NCBI GenBank assembly: GCA_036172245.1
Contig: JAYWIR010000095.1
Coordinates: forward strand, 62,001 to 126,000
Source of the DNA: Raillietiella orientalis
Taxonomy: Eukaryota
Length of the DNA: 64,000 nt
Reading direction: 5' to 3'
Shown: piece by piece, positions 41,894-54,749 of the stretch
Layout: each line of letters starts with the position of its first letter
Position numbering within the stretch: position 1 is the first letter of the stretch
Notes under the pieces: generated by a model
Told to the model about the DNA's origin: nothing
The model's input: the letters and a program-made list of their open reading frames with translations, nothing else
The model's database searches: none
Translations under genes and position numbers: made by a program

Positions 41894-43389
41894 ATTTTTT
41901 TTTTTTTTTTTTTTTTTACCAAGATCTATAATTTCATACGAGGTTTGCTAAACAAGTCATGTACAGTACGTGATAAATGTGAATAAGTATCCCGAACTCA
42001 TCAAACTTGTGCCGTGAATGTGTGTAATTACATGATAGACATGAATTATATACAGTTCTTGATTTGAAAATGATTTGCCTGAGCTTGTCGTGAAATTTCA
42101 ATAGGCCATTCTTAGTACATTTTCTGAGAAACAGTCAAGGAGTAAAACTAACGTGATGCAAAAGGGAAAGTTTCGCGAAAATTCTTCCACATCCTTCCAC
42201 CATTTACGTGAGAAATGAGCACAATGCGTAGCATCTGAGCACACCATCAGCGGCTGCAAATCTATTGAATTGGGCCACCAGCTCCATACAATGCTAATGA
42301 AAGCAGCTTGAGTTTAACTGAGTTCAATTGCTCCAATGATGCGTTTTCTTGAACTTGAGGCTTGATGTTTCAGAACAAATTCGTGCCGGGTTTCCTGGGG
42401 GGAGCAGAGTTTCCGGAAAGGTCCTCCAAGAATATTCTCCATGAATGAAAGAATCATCAAGTGGGTGTACAAGATAGTTGTGCAAGCGAAGTCACCTATG
42501 TGGAAAGCGACCTTGTCCATAGAAAGAGGTGAATGTTTCCGGGACATTAGCTGGACTTCCAAATTACTCGGATCGCACGAACTCAATCTTTGGATAGGAA
42601 GATGGCTGCTCGCAGGAGGAACTGGGAACTGGTACTCCTAGTTGAATGCGGAGCAAACTGGATTTGGAATCGAAACGTTTCAGAGAACACTGTAAAGGAG
42701 AATGAAGGAGAAATTGGAGACTATGGAAATCTTGGAGAAGAACGTGAAAAGGAATAATAACGAAACCTTCATTAACAAAGTTCAAGCCATTGCCTTCCGT
42801 AGGCAGATGGGAGAAAACAGACAAGAATCAACCAATGATTCACTTCAGTTGAGATTTTACTGCATAAACTTCGAAGGTCAATTTAGTCACATATGCGACC
42901 CGTTTTGAATGCGTGGCTGACACAAGAGCCATTCTCTACTGGATTTTCGGAAGCATCTGATGAAGCTCTTAAATACACGAGACACACGAATTCTTCTTCG
43001 GCTCCTATTCCTGCGACCTCTGTTTCAGCACATTGCTTTACTCGGTAAAAGCGGAAGAGCCATCGGGGTAAAGCATCTTGCATTTAAGGAACTGCGGATT
43101 CGATGGTTTAAACGGGCAACTCGAACTTCTGAGAACGCAAATCTCACAAATATGTGCTAAAACGTTCACCCCCCCCCCAAAAAAAAAAAAAAAAAAAATG
43201 CAGAATGTCTTGGGGGCTTTTAAGAGGATTCATCGTATTAAAAAGGACTCGAAGAAAGGAAGAAAGGATTTCTGGGCATGCTTCAAGGAAGATGCTGCTG
43301 TTTTGGTGAAGAAGAGAAATTTCGAAATACGAGTTAAAGATGTTTAGATGATTTTTGCTTTAGTTAAACAACAGATTCACTATTCCAAT

Positions 43390-44950
43390 AGAATTTCCGG
43401 TCCTATTTAAAGCGGCAGCAAGGCTGACTTTCTATTCAGGAGCCAAACCAAATGGAAATCAAATGCAGCAGCCGAAACAGAACCAATGTGCATTTCAAAT
43501 AGACTGAAAACTTTTTGAAATGCAAATCGGTTTTTAGAGTGGACGTGTTTAAGGTTGTTATGGAAACAAGATTTTGCACAAGCATTTTGCACAAGATAAT
43601 CGTGAATTTAACCCATGATAATTCGGAAGTTTTAACCTATTGTAGTATTCGACAGTCTTCCCCAGAGCAGCACCTTCCGAAAATCGGTATCCATAGGCAA
43701 GAAGACTTTTTGGATTTTTCTGCCATTTGAAAGGGAAGAAAACTCTGAGTCCTGCGTGCCAATCCAAATGCACAGGAGTCGAATTGCTGACACAAAAATC
43801 ACGGGGATGTTCTCCTTGCTGGCTCGTTGAAGAGCCCCGAAGATGGGTGTAAGAGTCCGCCATTCTTGCTGTCGTGGTAGTGGTAGGGTTATCGAAGGTA
43901 TTACGTCTGATACTTGTAAAAATCGAGAGAAGCCTTCAACCCAGATCGAAGTAACTATGCTCGGCAAATGGATCAACAGAAAATGGACCCGGCCGCTATT
44001 ACATCATTATTTATCAACGCCCCACAAAAGCGACGCACACAGAAACGTTAAGCAGTGAATTCCGTAATGAGAGTTCCTGAAATTTCAGATACGGAAACAA
44101 AAATCGATTCGTTAGCATCCAATCATTAATCTTCCATGTTATCAAGCTTTAATAGCTACCATCCCAATACTTTTTCGAAGTGTGAGGCACAATTCCAAAT
44201 CGGAAAGCTCAAGAGCATTCTTCTGCAGATGACTTCGCCTTTCTTCAAAACAGATATTGCCTTGTCACTGTTTCAGAAGTTTCGAAGCTGACTGCCACCT
44301 TTGGTTTAGAGCACACTTAAGTCTGCTAAGAAGAAATCCCTCATCCCATAGTGTGGAGGTAGCAAATTATTTCTAAGATTCATTTGGTTGGATTCGGTTT
44401 GAAATCAACTGAATGGAAAAGACAAAAGACGCAGAAGCGACGTTTCAAAGGAACTTTGACGACATGCGCCATCGGAGAGCCAAGTGGAGCCTGGATGCTG
44501 GAACGAACCGGAGAAAATGCCTCAGTCAAATGAGCATTCCAAACGAGCAATATTATGAATGGAATATGAGGATGGCTGAGGAAATGCCAGCTTAGAAAGA
44601 TCTTCTATATTTTGGCCTCGACACTTCTGCTGGAAGTTTTTTGGATGTTTGCAATTCATCCCATTAGATGAGAATCTCAGAACTGAACTTTTGGAACTCT
44701 CTGTTCTCGTTCAGATGCCTATCTTTTCGCAGCCCAGCAAACCAGCAAAGGATCAACTGATCTGCATCACGACTACGTGCAACATCTCAGCAGTGGCTCC
44801 ACAGATATCCCGAGCTCACGTGTTCAACCACGAAACCTAAACTTTCGATAAGTCGCCTAGTGAGCAAGATGCGCGCAGTTTCTTGAGTTGGTGACCTCTG
44901 GACCCCTTCACTGCCTTTCAGGTGCTGCCTCCTCGAAGAAAAATGCACAC
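43390..44950 (+). mobile_element. Decayed CR1/L2-like LINE RT region
   Basis: FPVLFKAA, VFDSLP..LPKIGI, SADD (~44222), FQRNFDDM....KWSL....NRRKC, KDL and LWTP, in order. Confidence 0.55.
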
Positions 44951-45879
44951 TCCCAAGAGACACCTCCAGGTAACGTTGGTCTCCAGGTAACATGTTCCAG
45001 AGCGCCACTGTTCTACGGAAGGACGTCGCCATTCTTTCAGGCATTTTCCCATCTTGGGTAGGAAACAAAGTCTAAAGTTGCGAGAATCGGGAAATGGGTG
45101 CAGATCAGGAGAACACAGGGATAGAGGGCACACGTAAGAGCCAATGTTCGGAGGAGCCGCTTGTCAGTCGCCTTCATTTCCTCGGTTGCTCTTTAAGAAA
45201 ACGGAATTGTTCCTACACGCTTCCTTCTTTCAGGGCACTACAGGGCACATGGGCACTCTTTCCTCCGTGAATTCCGTAGTTCCGTCAGCGGGAATAGCAC
45301 TGGACGCCCGAAAGAGACCCGTCTTCCACGTCGGGGGTGTGCCACGTCAAACAGGGCCTTCATCGTCGAGCAACATCTATTTATCAAATGGTTAGTTCGA
45401 TCACATGTAATCAGAATTCAGAAATTTACTCTAATGAAATGTGAACAAAATAAATAATGCACTCTGCGAATTAATTTACATTTACACCTGCCAGAAAAAA
45501 AAAAAAAAATGTTTCTGCAATGTTTTTTTCATTTTGAAAATGGATGCCTTTTTTTTTAAATGATGATGAACAAAGAAAATAACTGATTTCTCTAAACGTT
45601 GTGGCCATGTTGGAACTTCTGGATGTGCATTTCGTTCGTTTCAAAGTGGTGGAGTGTTTCAGAGGCAATTTTCGCGCCGCGATTTTCAAAGAACCAGGAA
45701 GTTCTGGGCTATGGTGGGTCAACAGCGCAATAAAAACGACAGAAAATGCTTACTCCAAACCTCCTTGGCTCGTCAGAAAAACTCAAGCAGGAAAAAAAAA
45801 GGAAAGAACCGGAAAATGAAATTGGCCGCGGTAACGAAATAATAGCAAAAATGAACGCCTCAAGTTTGAGCCAATCTGA

Positions 45880-46300
45880 GGAATCCGGGCATGGAGGAAC
45901 AGTTTTGCAGCGGGCTGTCAGCTCTGCTGATGATCAGGGGGTGTTTAGGAAACAGGTCCGATGATGGAGCTTCTTGACATTTCTGAATTTCCTCCGGATG
46001 GTTTTTTGCGAGGTAACGGATCGTCTGATGAGGGGAAAGGGGGAGAGCAAAGGAGAAAAGTTCTCGAAAGAAGTCCAAAAGTCAGTAAGAGATGTACCAA
46101 AGAGACTGGTAGTTGTCTTGTGTGAGCATTCCTTTGAGAAGCTGCGAGATCCTAAGATGGGCTCGGCCGAACAAGAAGAGACCGTCTGACGTCCTCAGAC
46201 GCGGACTTTGGAAGGAAAAAGAGCAGGAGGAGACGGGGGTTGATGTCGCTTCAATGAGACATCGCCTCGAAGAGCAGCAGCATCACTCCTGGAACATGTT
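45880..46300 (+). mobile_element. Possible decayed LINE ORF1 (RRM-type) fragment
   Basis: LMIRG and PKRLVVVL motifs in purine-rich sequence. The signal is weak. Confidence 0.3.
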
Positions 46301-48394
46301 CAGTACCAGCGGACCACATTCGAGTGGTCCCTTATCGCTGGACAAACTGTGGTTCATCCCGGGACGCGTTTCTCAAGTGAATCCTTATGAATTCAGAGAG
46401 CAGAAATGCACGCTTCGATCGAGAGGCGTTTGGTTCGGAAAACAGCCATCCGTGGATGGGTCCGTGAGCTGCAGCATTCCTCCGCTCGAAAACCCATCTA
46501 CAACTTTTTTCGAGTGCGCTTTCCTGCAAACGATCGAAACTGATCGCACGGAAAAAAATTCCCTCTCTTTTTTTCCTTCTTCAATAATCTGCTGTTGCCG
46601 TTGCATCGCGTTTCTCTTTCTCATTAGGGCTCGTGAAACAGAGGTCATGCGAAAGATGACCAGTGTATTTCCTACTAAAATCCCTAATTTGTTTTCCCCA
46701 ATCACCATTCGGCTAATAAATTGCCTCTCTCGAACAAGTTGTCTTTGTCACATGTGGTGTTCGATGTTTTCCCAAGCTGCAGCCCAAAGAAACGGAGCAT
46801 CGTTTTTTTCTTTTTTTCTTTTTTTTTGGCCAGTGATACAGTCGCCAGGCTCCGGCATTTTTTCTTGAAACCTCGGGAGAAATTGACTTGTTTTCTGAAA
46901 GAAGAAGAAAGGAAAAAAAAAAAAATCAGTTTCCTGAAGTTTACGCTTAACTAGAGTTGTGTATTATTCATGCTCCCCATCCTTCACGCCCAAGGCATGA
47001 AAAAACGAAGGAACGGACCGTTCTCCAGCAAGGCTTTTTGTTTCATAACTCTGGTCTGAGCTCTTCGTTCTTTTTGAGCAATTTAAGAATCCCTGAAAAT
47101 TCCTGCTCCGGAGCAAGGATCTTCCGAAATCTTCGATCTTCTTCCCCCCCCCCCCTCTCTCTCTCTCTCTCTGAATCGAATTTTTCCGATGCATTCAAGT
47201 TCAGTTTTTTTTCTTTTTCTTTTTTTCCTTCTCCAAGACGATTCCAGGAGCTCTGAGGTATTTGCACGTTGATTCACGTTGATAAAGCATGAGCGAAGAA
47301 GCTGTCGGCAGTGGATGACCACAAGGATTCGAAACGCATTGGCTGTCTGTTACGTGTTCTCGTGTTTGCGCTTGGACGATGAGATGCGAATTTCCGATGC
47401 TTCAGACGTCCACATGATACACATCTTAAGGGCAAATTCATTTGGAGGCTGAGGAATTTTCACCTTGAATAAATCATGAGAACACCGTTCGGAGAAGGCA
47501 TCTGCAGATCCGAAACTCTCGTTGATTCGGGTTCTTGAGCGTTCGCAGATGCAGGATTTTTGCTCACAGGCGTAGGAAAACCGGAACACGAGTGGGCGCC
47601 AAGCCGCCACACGTTCTTGCAAGTGGCTCCAATGATTTTCGAAAAACCAACACGGAAACGAGTCGTATCATTTGATGTCCTTTTTCGCATTTCGAGTCGC
47701 CTTGTTACAGATTTTATTTTTTTTTTTCTTGCTCCTACGCTGATTTCCGCACCCAATCTCGGATCTTCTTCCTACCTTTTTTGCTCTCTTATTCGGCTGC
47801 TGCAAAAGAAAGAGGGAGAAATCCCAGAATGGACTCGTTTTCCGAGGAAAAGTTGAATGAACGTTAATTGCACGGAAAATTACTGCTCATCTGTTTGAAA
47901 TTCTTGTAGCACACAAGTCCACTCGTGTTTTCTCAACCACTTCGATGTGTCTTTTTTTGTTTTTTTAGATTTTCGGATAAAGCAAGTGGGATTTACAAGT
48001 AGTAGAGCTTTTGCCTGGCGTTCTCTGATTGCTCCTGTAGCTTAACTGAATAATGGCATCCTATTGTTCCTTCTGTATCCAACCATCACCCTATTCTCTT
48101 TAGAAGGTTTGTTTTCAAAGCCATATCTCCAGGCTTGTATAAGAGGCGTGTTCTTGCTTTGCTTTTTTCCCTAAGTTCACATTGCTGTTTCAGCATCTTA
48201 GTGATGTACCTGACCCATTGAATCTGATACATCAAGGGCTCTGCCCTGCTAAGATTTTCCAAAGTGAGAGGTGATGTCTAGAACATATCCATGAGAGCTG
48301 CTCCTACTCGAAAGTCCCGCGTCAATGCCTGTTCACTTGAACAAATGGGTTAGGGGGAAGGGGGGGGAGAGGGCAAAAACGCGTATTCATTTAA

Positions 48395-49339
48395 CCCTAG
48401 AAGGGTAACGTGGCGATTTTGTGCATAAACGGCCACGTGGTGTCATGTAGGACACCAATTCAAATTACGTAAAAATTTAATGATTTTTCCTAAACATTTC
48501 ATCTTGTTAATGAATTACAGTCATCTTTACAAATTATTTTCTAAATTATTTGCACGTGCGCAACATAGGGGCCTTCGGCGTTGGGCACGTGTGACTTTTT
48601 TGCAACAGGTACACTTTTCCCTCCCTTTCCGGCTGGCGGATCGTGGGCACATTTCGTAGCGCTAATGGACGGTTAAAGGTTCTTGTGGAAGCCTCTTGGA
48701 ACCTCGGATCTTTTTTATTCAGTACAGACGAAATCAAAGAATGAGACAAATCCTTGCATCGCAACCGGCGTTCCATAAGTGGTGCGACAAGCTGGTGGGT
48801 GTTTTAAATTTCGAAGGAACAGCTTTCTGGAGATAACTGGATAATTTGGATTTCCGAGGTTGTTGGCAATGGGCAGCACATGGGAATTTATCCCGGCCCC
48901 GTCTAACATTCCTCAAAGGCCATCCAAATCACTTTCATCAGCTGAAAATTCGTCGCCTTCGTGCACGCTCTCTGCTTCCCAATTTCCACCACCTAAATGT
49001 TGGTCTTCATCAGACGAAAACTCTTCCAGATTAGTTTCTCCTCTTTCATAGCGTCCAACCAACCCTTCCAGTTCACTCTGTGTGAAACTTCCATTATGGG
49101 AGGCCATGGGTGAAAATTTTTGCATGTGACGTAAAAAAGGGTGAATCCCAGTCGTACAAAGATCGGGCACAAAACGGAACAGAGCCCAACCTGTCTTCAC
49201 GCAATGCCGACTGCAGGCATACTGAAAACTTGGTCACAGGTAGCTGGAACGGCGTGCTCGGCCAATACTGACCACAGCAGAGAGTCTGCACATTTTAGCT
49301 CCTGTGTGTCGCATATGACGCCACGTTACCCTTCTAGGA
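48395..49339 (-). mobile_element. Non-autonomous piggyBac transposon (internal deletion derivative), 945 bp
   Basis: TTAA at 48391-48394 and 49340-49343. TIRs CCCTAGAAGGGTAACGTGGCG (48395-48415) and CGCCACGTTACCCTTCTAGGA (49319-49339) match at 20/21. Transposase remnants lie inside. Confidence 0.94.
48546..49107 (-). pseudogene. piggyBac transposase remnant: acidic N-terminus joined to the C-terminal region and cysteine-rich domain, DDD core deleted
   Basis: MASHNGSFTQSELEGL...EEFSSDED...DESD, then (W)PL..GMLDGAGINSHVL...ISRKLFLRNL, QLVAPLMERRL and, after a frameshift, RYEMCPRSASRKGREKCTCCKKVT. These match piggyBac C-terminal motifs. Confidence 0.88.
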
Positions 49340-50889
49340 TTAAGAATATCTAAGGATTGATGGCATGGTGGATGACGAAACAATAAGTGTACATTGCTTC
49401 AAATGATGTACGGATTACACGCACTGTGGGTAAGTTCATTCAAAGATAGTGCATAGAACATATGTTTACATCTCGAGCATGCATGAAAGGAACTCCTGAA
49501 ATGAGAACAGTAATAATACATTTGTCTTCAGTTGTTAACCGGCTCTCGGCAAATTATCAGTTTCCTATTAACAGAGTGAAACTCGGTCAATAAGAAATTC
49601 TAGCTGACCCATAAACGAATGCGTGGGCGGTGGACGATAAATCCATTCGTTCCTGCTACAAAGCAGCATTCCTTAATGAAGGGAAGAAAAGTACGTTGAT
49701 AGGTATTGTGAAATTATGATTTCCAGCATGTGCGCCGGGTGGCTCATTTCCAGGGCGAACACGCGCCCGCAAATGTGCCACCCGTGCCCACGAAGAAGTG
49801 GACGGCACGAAAGGCTTCGGCGTATAATGCACGGAGTCCCGGTTCCCTGGAACGCTGGCAAATCGCATTTCTCTTCCGCGAAACCCGGCGGATGGCCCAT
49901 CGTTCCCGCTGCTCGCCCAGCTCGGCTATTTCGTGTTCAGCTTGATCACCTCAAGAGGAAACCATCATAATGATTTCGTTCGAGTCCGAGGCAGTTCTTC
50001 ACAGGGCAGAGACACATTCTATTTTGTTTTACTTTTCGGTTTGCACTTCCGTCTGCGTCAGATTCCTTCCGATCCCACGAAATCGCTGTGATGCATCACA
50101 ACGAGAACCTTTCGAAAGTTTGTAAGTAGAAGGCGAGACTCCTAAAAGAAGCCACGAAAGCTCCCCTTTCTCTCCTCTCCCTTTCCGGGTACATCCTAAA
50201 AGCTAGCAGTCCTCCTGGTAAAAGATAGGTGCGAACCGAGAGCATTTCCGAGAGAGAGGGGGGGAAAAAAACGATAATGACCGCTGCTTGGGTGATTTCC
50301 ACCGCAAACTCGCAGAGGAAGTTCTCATACCCGGACCACGGAGAGAGAAGTATCCGCTGATATCCGAGATTTTGCCCATGGGGCGGTACAGATTCTCAAG
50401 AGAGTACGAACGGATTACGGTTCCAGCATTTCAGGGAGGTCCGGGACCATGAACACGGTCGCGGTCAGTCTTGGCGACATCTCCAGCGCTAGATGACCTT
50501 GCAAAGTCACCGTCTTAGCAGAGGAGAAAACGTCGGCTCCCTCATACTCTATTTGCAGGAGATTCTTGCAGGTAAGTCACAAAAGTATTAGGCAGAAAGG
50601 AGGTTTTTTTTTTTTTTTTTTTTCGTTGCAAATGATTCGCAGATACGCGAGCAAGGATGGAACAACCAAGTTGAGTTTCTTGGTCCACCTTTTCTTCGTC
50701 TGGCATCAAGTTGTTTAAACACACCGTCCGATGTTCCTCTTTATTGACAACACGTCCACCGAGGGAACCATTGGTCTTCAACAGCTTTCGAAACTCTTGG
50801 AACGGAGCTCGGAACTTCCAAATGAGAAATAGAAGCACCTGAAAAGTTTTATAGGAACCATATCCATAACGTATAATTGAGAGGCTAAG

Positions 50890-50913
50890 TGACGTAATTA
50901 CGTAATTACGTAA
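50890..50913. repeat. Tandem palindromic octamers TGACGTAA-TTACGTAA-TTACGTAA
   Basis: Contains the perfect 20-bp palindrome ACGTAATTACGTAATTACGT (50892-50911). Confidence 0.9.
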
Positions 50914-52199
50914 TGACTTCAGTTACATTTCTGATACGGCAATAGCGAAATCATAATTGACGGTTAACGCACTGTGGCGTCGCACGTACGGGGATTTATA
51001 AGTTCCTGGGGATTGGCCGCGAAAGCCCTAAAATATCTGCTTATACATACGTGAAAATACAATGTTCGTCGAGAACCAGCTCTAAGAATGAGCTTCGTAT
51101 GGCAGGGCCTCAATCAGGAAAATGAGGGAGAAATGAGAGAGATCAGCGCAAATTGATGTTATCAGGAGCGCGAGATTCATTTCATCTGATTCACATCTAA
51201 TCCAGAGATCGAGAAAAATACAAAAATTTCAACTGTAATGGGTGGAATACAGTTTCCCAAACAAACAGATCTCCAGAGTCAGAATTTGGAAGAATAAATC
51301 ACTCGATGATGCCAAGGAGATGATTTCATCTTTCACAGAAGGGCATGAAAGAACATCAAAAACAAAAGACGGCATTATGTGAGGTATCCCAGAGGAGAGA
51401 CAATTCCGGAAACTCTTAGACAGATAGCTTTACCGTCCTTGCAAGCATTTTTTTTTTTTTTTATCAAGAGATAAATTCTGGTAAAGCGTCAGAGTTCGCT
51501 GATTCTGAAGCTCCGCCTTCGGAGTCACTCACTTCGATGAGAGAGGCTGAAGATTTCATCTGTTTTTTTAATTAGGCTTTGATGACATTATCACCACGAA
51601 AAGTATCGTATATTTCTCGAGAGCATTCTTTACTGACTTGATTCTGAAATAGGAAATGACGACCCTTTATTGCAAATCACCACTGTGCTATAATTTAGGA
51701 TGACATATTGACTGGACTGAGTTAATCAGTGATTCTTATTCGGCAAGATAGAGAACAGTTTTTCCGTTTCCATTCGGTATGTTATGGAACTCTGTTTCCA
51801 TTTTTCAGGTCCAGAAGAGGACACAGCTTGCCACCAGATGATTCGCGTTTTTCAAAGTCTTCCCGTGTCTTAGAGCGAGTCGATTCATGGATTTCGTTGG
51901 CAACACTTTGGAACGCCACGATTACAAAATCAGCGCGGTATCCAAAACCGAAAACACTCAAAGATGCATCAACCAGTGATTTGAGAGACGAAGAGAGCGA
52001 AATGCCATAGACGATGGGACACAAAAAAAAAAAAAAAGAATCCGATGCATCTCCTAACCCTTGAGAAGATTGCTCCTTGAAATGTCTCGAAATGGGATCT
52101 GGTGCTTCATTTTGCAGAGACAAATTCTGTAATTGGCATTACTGATTTGGAAACAACAAAAAAGAAAAATTCTTCCGAGGTCACAGACCATCAGCGCTG

Positions 52200-54400
52200 A
52201 AGGAAGAGAAGCGGAGAGATGCCTCTTTTTAATTTTAGCAGCATGGACGCGGCTCTGAGGTTTTTTGATCGGGTTCCCTTTTCACAGTCGCATGTTTGAA
52301 GGTACACAGCTTCCCTGTATTTACCAAGAGGAAATGCGCGCACTGCTCGTACCTGCCTGCGGGTCCTTCTCGTACTCACTCAACTCTTCGTGGGCTCAAC
52401 GTTTTTTGCGCCTCTGACACAAATGCCGCACACTGGCAACACTGCACGTTTTCAGAAGGAAGAAAGCTTCCCACATCGCATCTCTTGCTCAAGTTCTGTA
52501 AAAGGTCAACAGCAGCCGTTATTTGTTTTTGTCTGCGCCGCCAGTTCTCTCTCCGTACAGGGATGGTACTTCCGCTGTGAGTAGTAGCTCGGTTCTTGCA
52601 GTGCTTTGCGTTTCCTTGAGGATAACGGCGGAATGTCTCTTGTTCGTGGAATTTCCCTTCGAATCGCGGGCAATTTTGGTAGCCGTCTTGAAAAATACTG
52701 AAGCGGAAGAAGCATTCAGTGTAATGATACGATTCTCGGCAAAGGGAGAGCTGATCCTCCAAATCAGTTGAGCTCACAACATTTGTTTGATGCATGCTAA
52801 TCATCGGTTAGAAGAGTTCACTTGAACTCCCTCAAAAAGATTGATTGCTTCGATCACGTTCAGGTTTTTGCGAAGTAAAATACAGCTACACCAGTCACAA
52901 GATAGTTCCTCCGTTTTCGAGAGAGAGAGGGAGGGAGGGGGAGAGATGCGTGATCCGTGTAACGTACCAATTTTGAAAAAAAAAATGGACTGCCTATTTC
53001 AGTGTGAAAATGATTAAATTGTGATTGTGATGTGAATTTTTTTCGCTCAGCCCTGTTTCGGAGAACACTATACACAATTATCTTCTGATCACATACCGCA
53101 AATGTTAGAAGGGAACACACGTCAGCGTTTCCAGTTAACGAGAGCTGGTGGAAAACCAGCTCTTCCTGGCACCGGTTCTGGTGGCGTCAGAGTAACCCAA
53201 CGCAAACATGGAAGAAACACACGTAAAATTCCGAGAGGTAAAAGAAAAAGGTGAGGAGGAACAGTGGTGGTGTGGGGAACGCGAGCTTCAGAGCAGATGA
53301 ATTTTATGAAAAGAGTGGTGATCACTAATCCCGAACATGATGGCTCGGCCAAAACCAAAACTTGGATCTTCCAGAATCCACCAATGTCGCATTGCGGAAA
53401 GCCTTTCAGAGAATAAAAAACAGAAAGAAGTGGTTCCTGATCTGTGGGAAAACCACGTTTGGCACCTGGTAAAACGTAAGGAAGCTGGAGCTAAGAGAAA
53501 TTATCCGAACTACCGTTCGAATAATTTCTCGTTTAGGACCAGCAGCCGAACTGCGGGATGCAGGTTGGAATTTCGTCTTCAAATTGAATTTTCCAGTTTG
53601 AATTGCTTACCTTCTCCTCGGTCTGGTTGAGGCATACAGTTTAGATCCCGCTGAGAAAAACAGAGAATGCATACTGGGCACGTGAACGAATGCTAGAGCC
53701 AGATTCGAGGAGGAGGGGAAGTCTGGGAAACCAATCGAAGACACTGATTCGAGATCACCTTCAGGGACTTTTTTCAGATTGATTCTTCTGCACTGCTGTT
53801 GAGCTTGGTGTGCCCCAAAGCTGCAGCGGATAAAGCGCGAGTGTGCTGACGATCACAGAAGCGTCTGTTACTGATGGAATCAAAAACTCATCGGAATGAA
53901 GTCCGAAATTCGACCAGGAGATCTCTTTCAGATTCGAAATATCGTAGCGCGCTTTCAGCAAGCAGCAGCCTTGTAAGGAACACACCGCTCCTGAGATTCC
54001 GAAAGGACCTCCTATGTGTGTGCTCTTTGGTTTGGTTCTCGTCTTCGTCAACAGAAGTTTAGCCATGTGGCGTATCCCGCACGAATCTGTGGAGAACGCA
54101 TGCATCTGCTTGCATTTGTAAGGATCACAGAGCCACGCTCTCACACTCGGGTAACTAGTTTTTAAAATAAGGCAGCATTTTCGGAAGATGCTGCTTTTGA
54201 TGGATTATTAGACGCCATATGCAAATATGCCCTGTCGAAACACGGAGCTCGTTCTTGAACCTCCGCGGCTGCATCTACGGTTGTTGTTGTTTTTTCATAG
54301 CTTTCGAATATGGCCGCGAACGGCAGCCTGTCCTTAAGGAGGAATTCGCGAAGTCTTTCCGTTCCCGAATTTTCTTTCAAATTCCTCGAAAGACGCATCG
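52200..54400 (-). mobile_element. Decayed LINE RT fragments (probably two pieces)
   Basis: FFKTATKI..DSKG at ~52690-52650, and FGLHSDEFL plus LYPLQLWG...VQKNQ at ~53900-53780. Confidence 0.35.
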
Positions 54401-54749
54401 TACCCTCGATACGAGCTACAGATGAAACCGATTCTTTTTGTGATACAAAGTAGTCCCAACAATTCTTTGAAATCCTTTGAAAGGTTCACCTCCGTACACA
54501 TATTTTAGGCTTCCTGAAAACCAGGAACTTTCTCCTCCCTTTGCGGCCAGAGTATCTTTGTGGGAAGAGCTCTGGAGCCGAGACTGTTACAAGACTGCTT
54601 CGTTTCTGGAGCTCGAATCTTCGCTTCCTTCCTTTGTAAAAGTTAAACACCTTGCTGAAAAAAGCTGCACGATGAGAACTTTTTCATGGTTCACTCGTTT
54701 TCCCTGAGAGTCACGAAAGAAATAGCATTTTGATACCTCGGATCTTTAA

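Noticed and set aside
28985..52040. Numerous long A/T/C/G homopolymer runs as retro-insertion tails
   Set aside because: No flanking TSDs or associated element bodies seen, and run lengths may be unreliable in the assembly.
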